DNA from: Octopus bimaculoides
Lineage: Eukaryota
Length of the DNA stretch: 64,000 nt
NCBI RefSeq assembly: GCF_001194135.2
Contig: NC_068983.1
Location: 130,680,742-130,744,741 of the forward strand
Direction: 5' to 3'
Below, in pieces: positions 62,402 to 64,000 of this stretch. The position numbers were made by a program, and so were the translations under genes. The notes under the pieces were generated by a model. The model was not told the origin of the DNA. It worked only from the letters and a program-made list of their open reading frames with translations, and ran no database searches. Every line of letters begins with the position of its first letter. The first letter of the stretch is position 1.

Positions 62402-62785
62402 TCATTATTATTNNNNNNNNNNNNNNNNNNNNNNNNNNNNNNNNNNNNNNNNNNNNNNNNNNNNNNNNNNNNNNNNNNNNNNNNNNNNNNNNNNNNNNNN
62501 NNNNNNNNNNNNNNNNNNNNNNNNNNNNNNNNNNNNNNNNNNNNNNNNNNNNNNNNNNNNNNNNNNNNNNNNNNNNNNNNNNNNNNNNNNNNNNNNNNNN
62601 NNNNNNNNNNNNNNNNNNNNNNNNNNNNNNNNNNNNNNNNNNNNNNNNNNNNNNNNNNNNNNNNNNNNNNNNNNNNNNNNNNNNNNNNNNNNNNNNNNNN
62701 NNNNNNNNNNNNNNNNNNNNNNNNNNNNNNNNNNNNNNNNNNNNNNNNNNNNNNNNNNNNNNNNNNNNNNNNNNNNNNNNNNNNN

Positions 62786-62888
62786 NTATGTATTTGTCTG
62801 AATATGTTTTTATTATACCTAAGGCACCTACTATGATAGGAATTGTTTCTGTTTTTAGATTCCACATTCGAGTTATCTCTATTTCCAG
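62786..62888 (-). mobile_element. R4/Dong-like RLE C-terminal fragment
   Basis: MWNLKTETIPIIVGALGII. Confidence 0.75.
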
Positions 62889-63059
<171 letters not shown>

Positions 63060-64000
63060 TGAGGCAAGATGACGAAAAGGAGGAAGGGAAGGATATAATT
63101 TTATAATTTAGAAAAAAAAAAAACGTCAAACATAACCTGATACCAGCTTTACTGCTAGCGTCACGAATTTCGCAAATATACACGCTTATACATTCGATTT
63201 CCAAACACATTTCACTCACTAGGATTTTGCATCGTGAAAGCAATAAAGTAATGTTCATTTCGATGCAGTGAACCAATGATATGTCACAAAAAATTATGCA
63301 TACTGGTGCAGAAGATATTGAATGGTTTGAAGACTTTAGTTATATCAAATACCCACTAACAATGCATTGCGTCAGATCCTGATAAACATCAAATGTAGTG
63401 ATATATGAAAAGTGTGGCACATATGGTTGTGGAGGTGTGTTCAGTCAATCAAGGTAAGGAACAGTGTGGGCATTAAGGGCAGATACAGGTTTTCTCTTGC
63501 TGTTTTTTTTTCTTTTTTTCTTTTTTAGGGTAATCTATAAGTAATACATTCATCATTGGTAAAGGGATTGAGATGTGATTATTGATGGAGAAATTCTGCA
63601 AGGAAAAGAAATATATGAATATATGATGGATGTATATGGAAGATGTATGTATATGTGTGTGTGTGTTTGTGTATGCTTGAGTGTGTGAGCGCGCACGTCT
63701 GTGTGCATGTGTGAATGCGATTTTAAGGATATTTTAATATATTTGTTTTTATATCTGTTTAGGTTGATATGTGTGTGTGTTTGCGTGTATGTGTACACTC
63801 ATCTGCGCATATAACATGTATATATATGTATATATNNNNNNNNNNTATTTATTTATTTATTTATTTATATGTTTATATATATATATACATATAACAGAGT
63901 GTAAGTGCGTATGGATAAGTACATGTATTTACGTAAGTAGCTATGTTCCCGCCGTAGAAGGTAAAATATGGAGCTACTTACCAGAGATCCACTTGAGTAA

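Noticed and set aside
3963-62867. Long ORFs in the supplied track containing X runs
   Set aside because: They are open only because they cross N gaps.

Overview
AT-rich eukaryotic (metazoan) genomic DNA from a gapped draft assembly. The SINE families, TTAGGG motif and microsatellite load look like an octopus or other coleoid cephalopod; this is my recognition, not a database result. No intact protein-coding gene, rRNA, functional tRNA or CRISPR array can be supported. The window is mostly decayed mobile DNA: about 11 fragments of R4/Dong-like (RLE) non-LTR retrotransposons, nearly all on the minus strand, an RTE LINE fragment, two mariner and one Tc1 remnant, about 20 tRNA-derived SINE copies, and at least two Penelope-like element (PLE) families plus a possible third PLE-related repeat. 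Microsatellites and N gaps fill much of the rest, and the long ORFs in the track that cross N runs are artefacts. The best lead is in the PLE ends, which carry minimal type-I hammerhead ribozyme motifs (six seen, two with intact cores). In one family a tRNA-like A/B-box module sits between the end of the GIY-YIG ORF and the hammerhead, with no T4 terminator in between, suggesting a Pol III-driven self-cleaving RNA unit. Weaker leads are a two-exon signal-peptide/TM pseudogene model at 7.06-7.81 kb, a candidate membrane-anchor terminal exon at 17.8 kb, several plus-strand splice-bounded segments, and long foldback hairpins.
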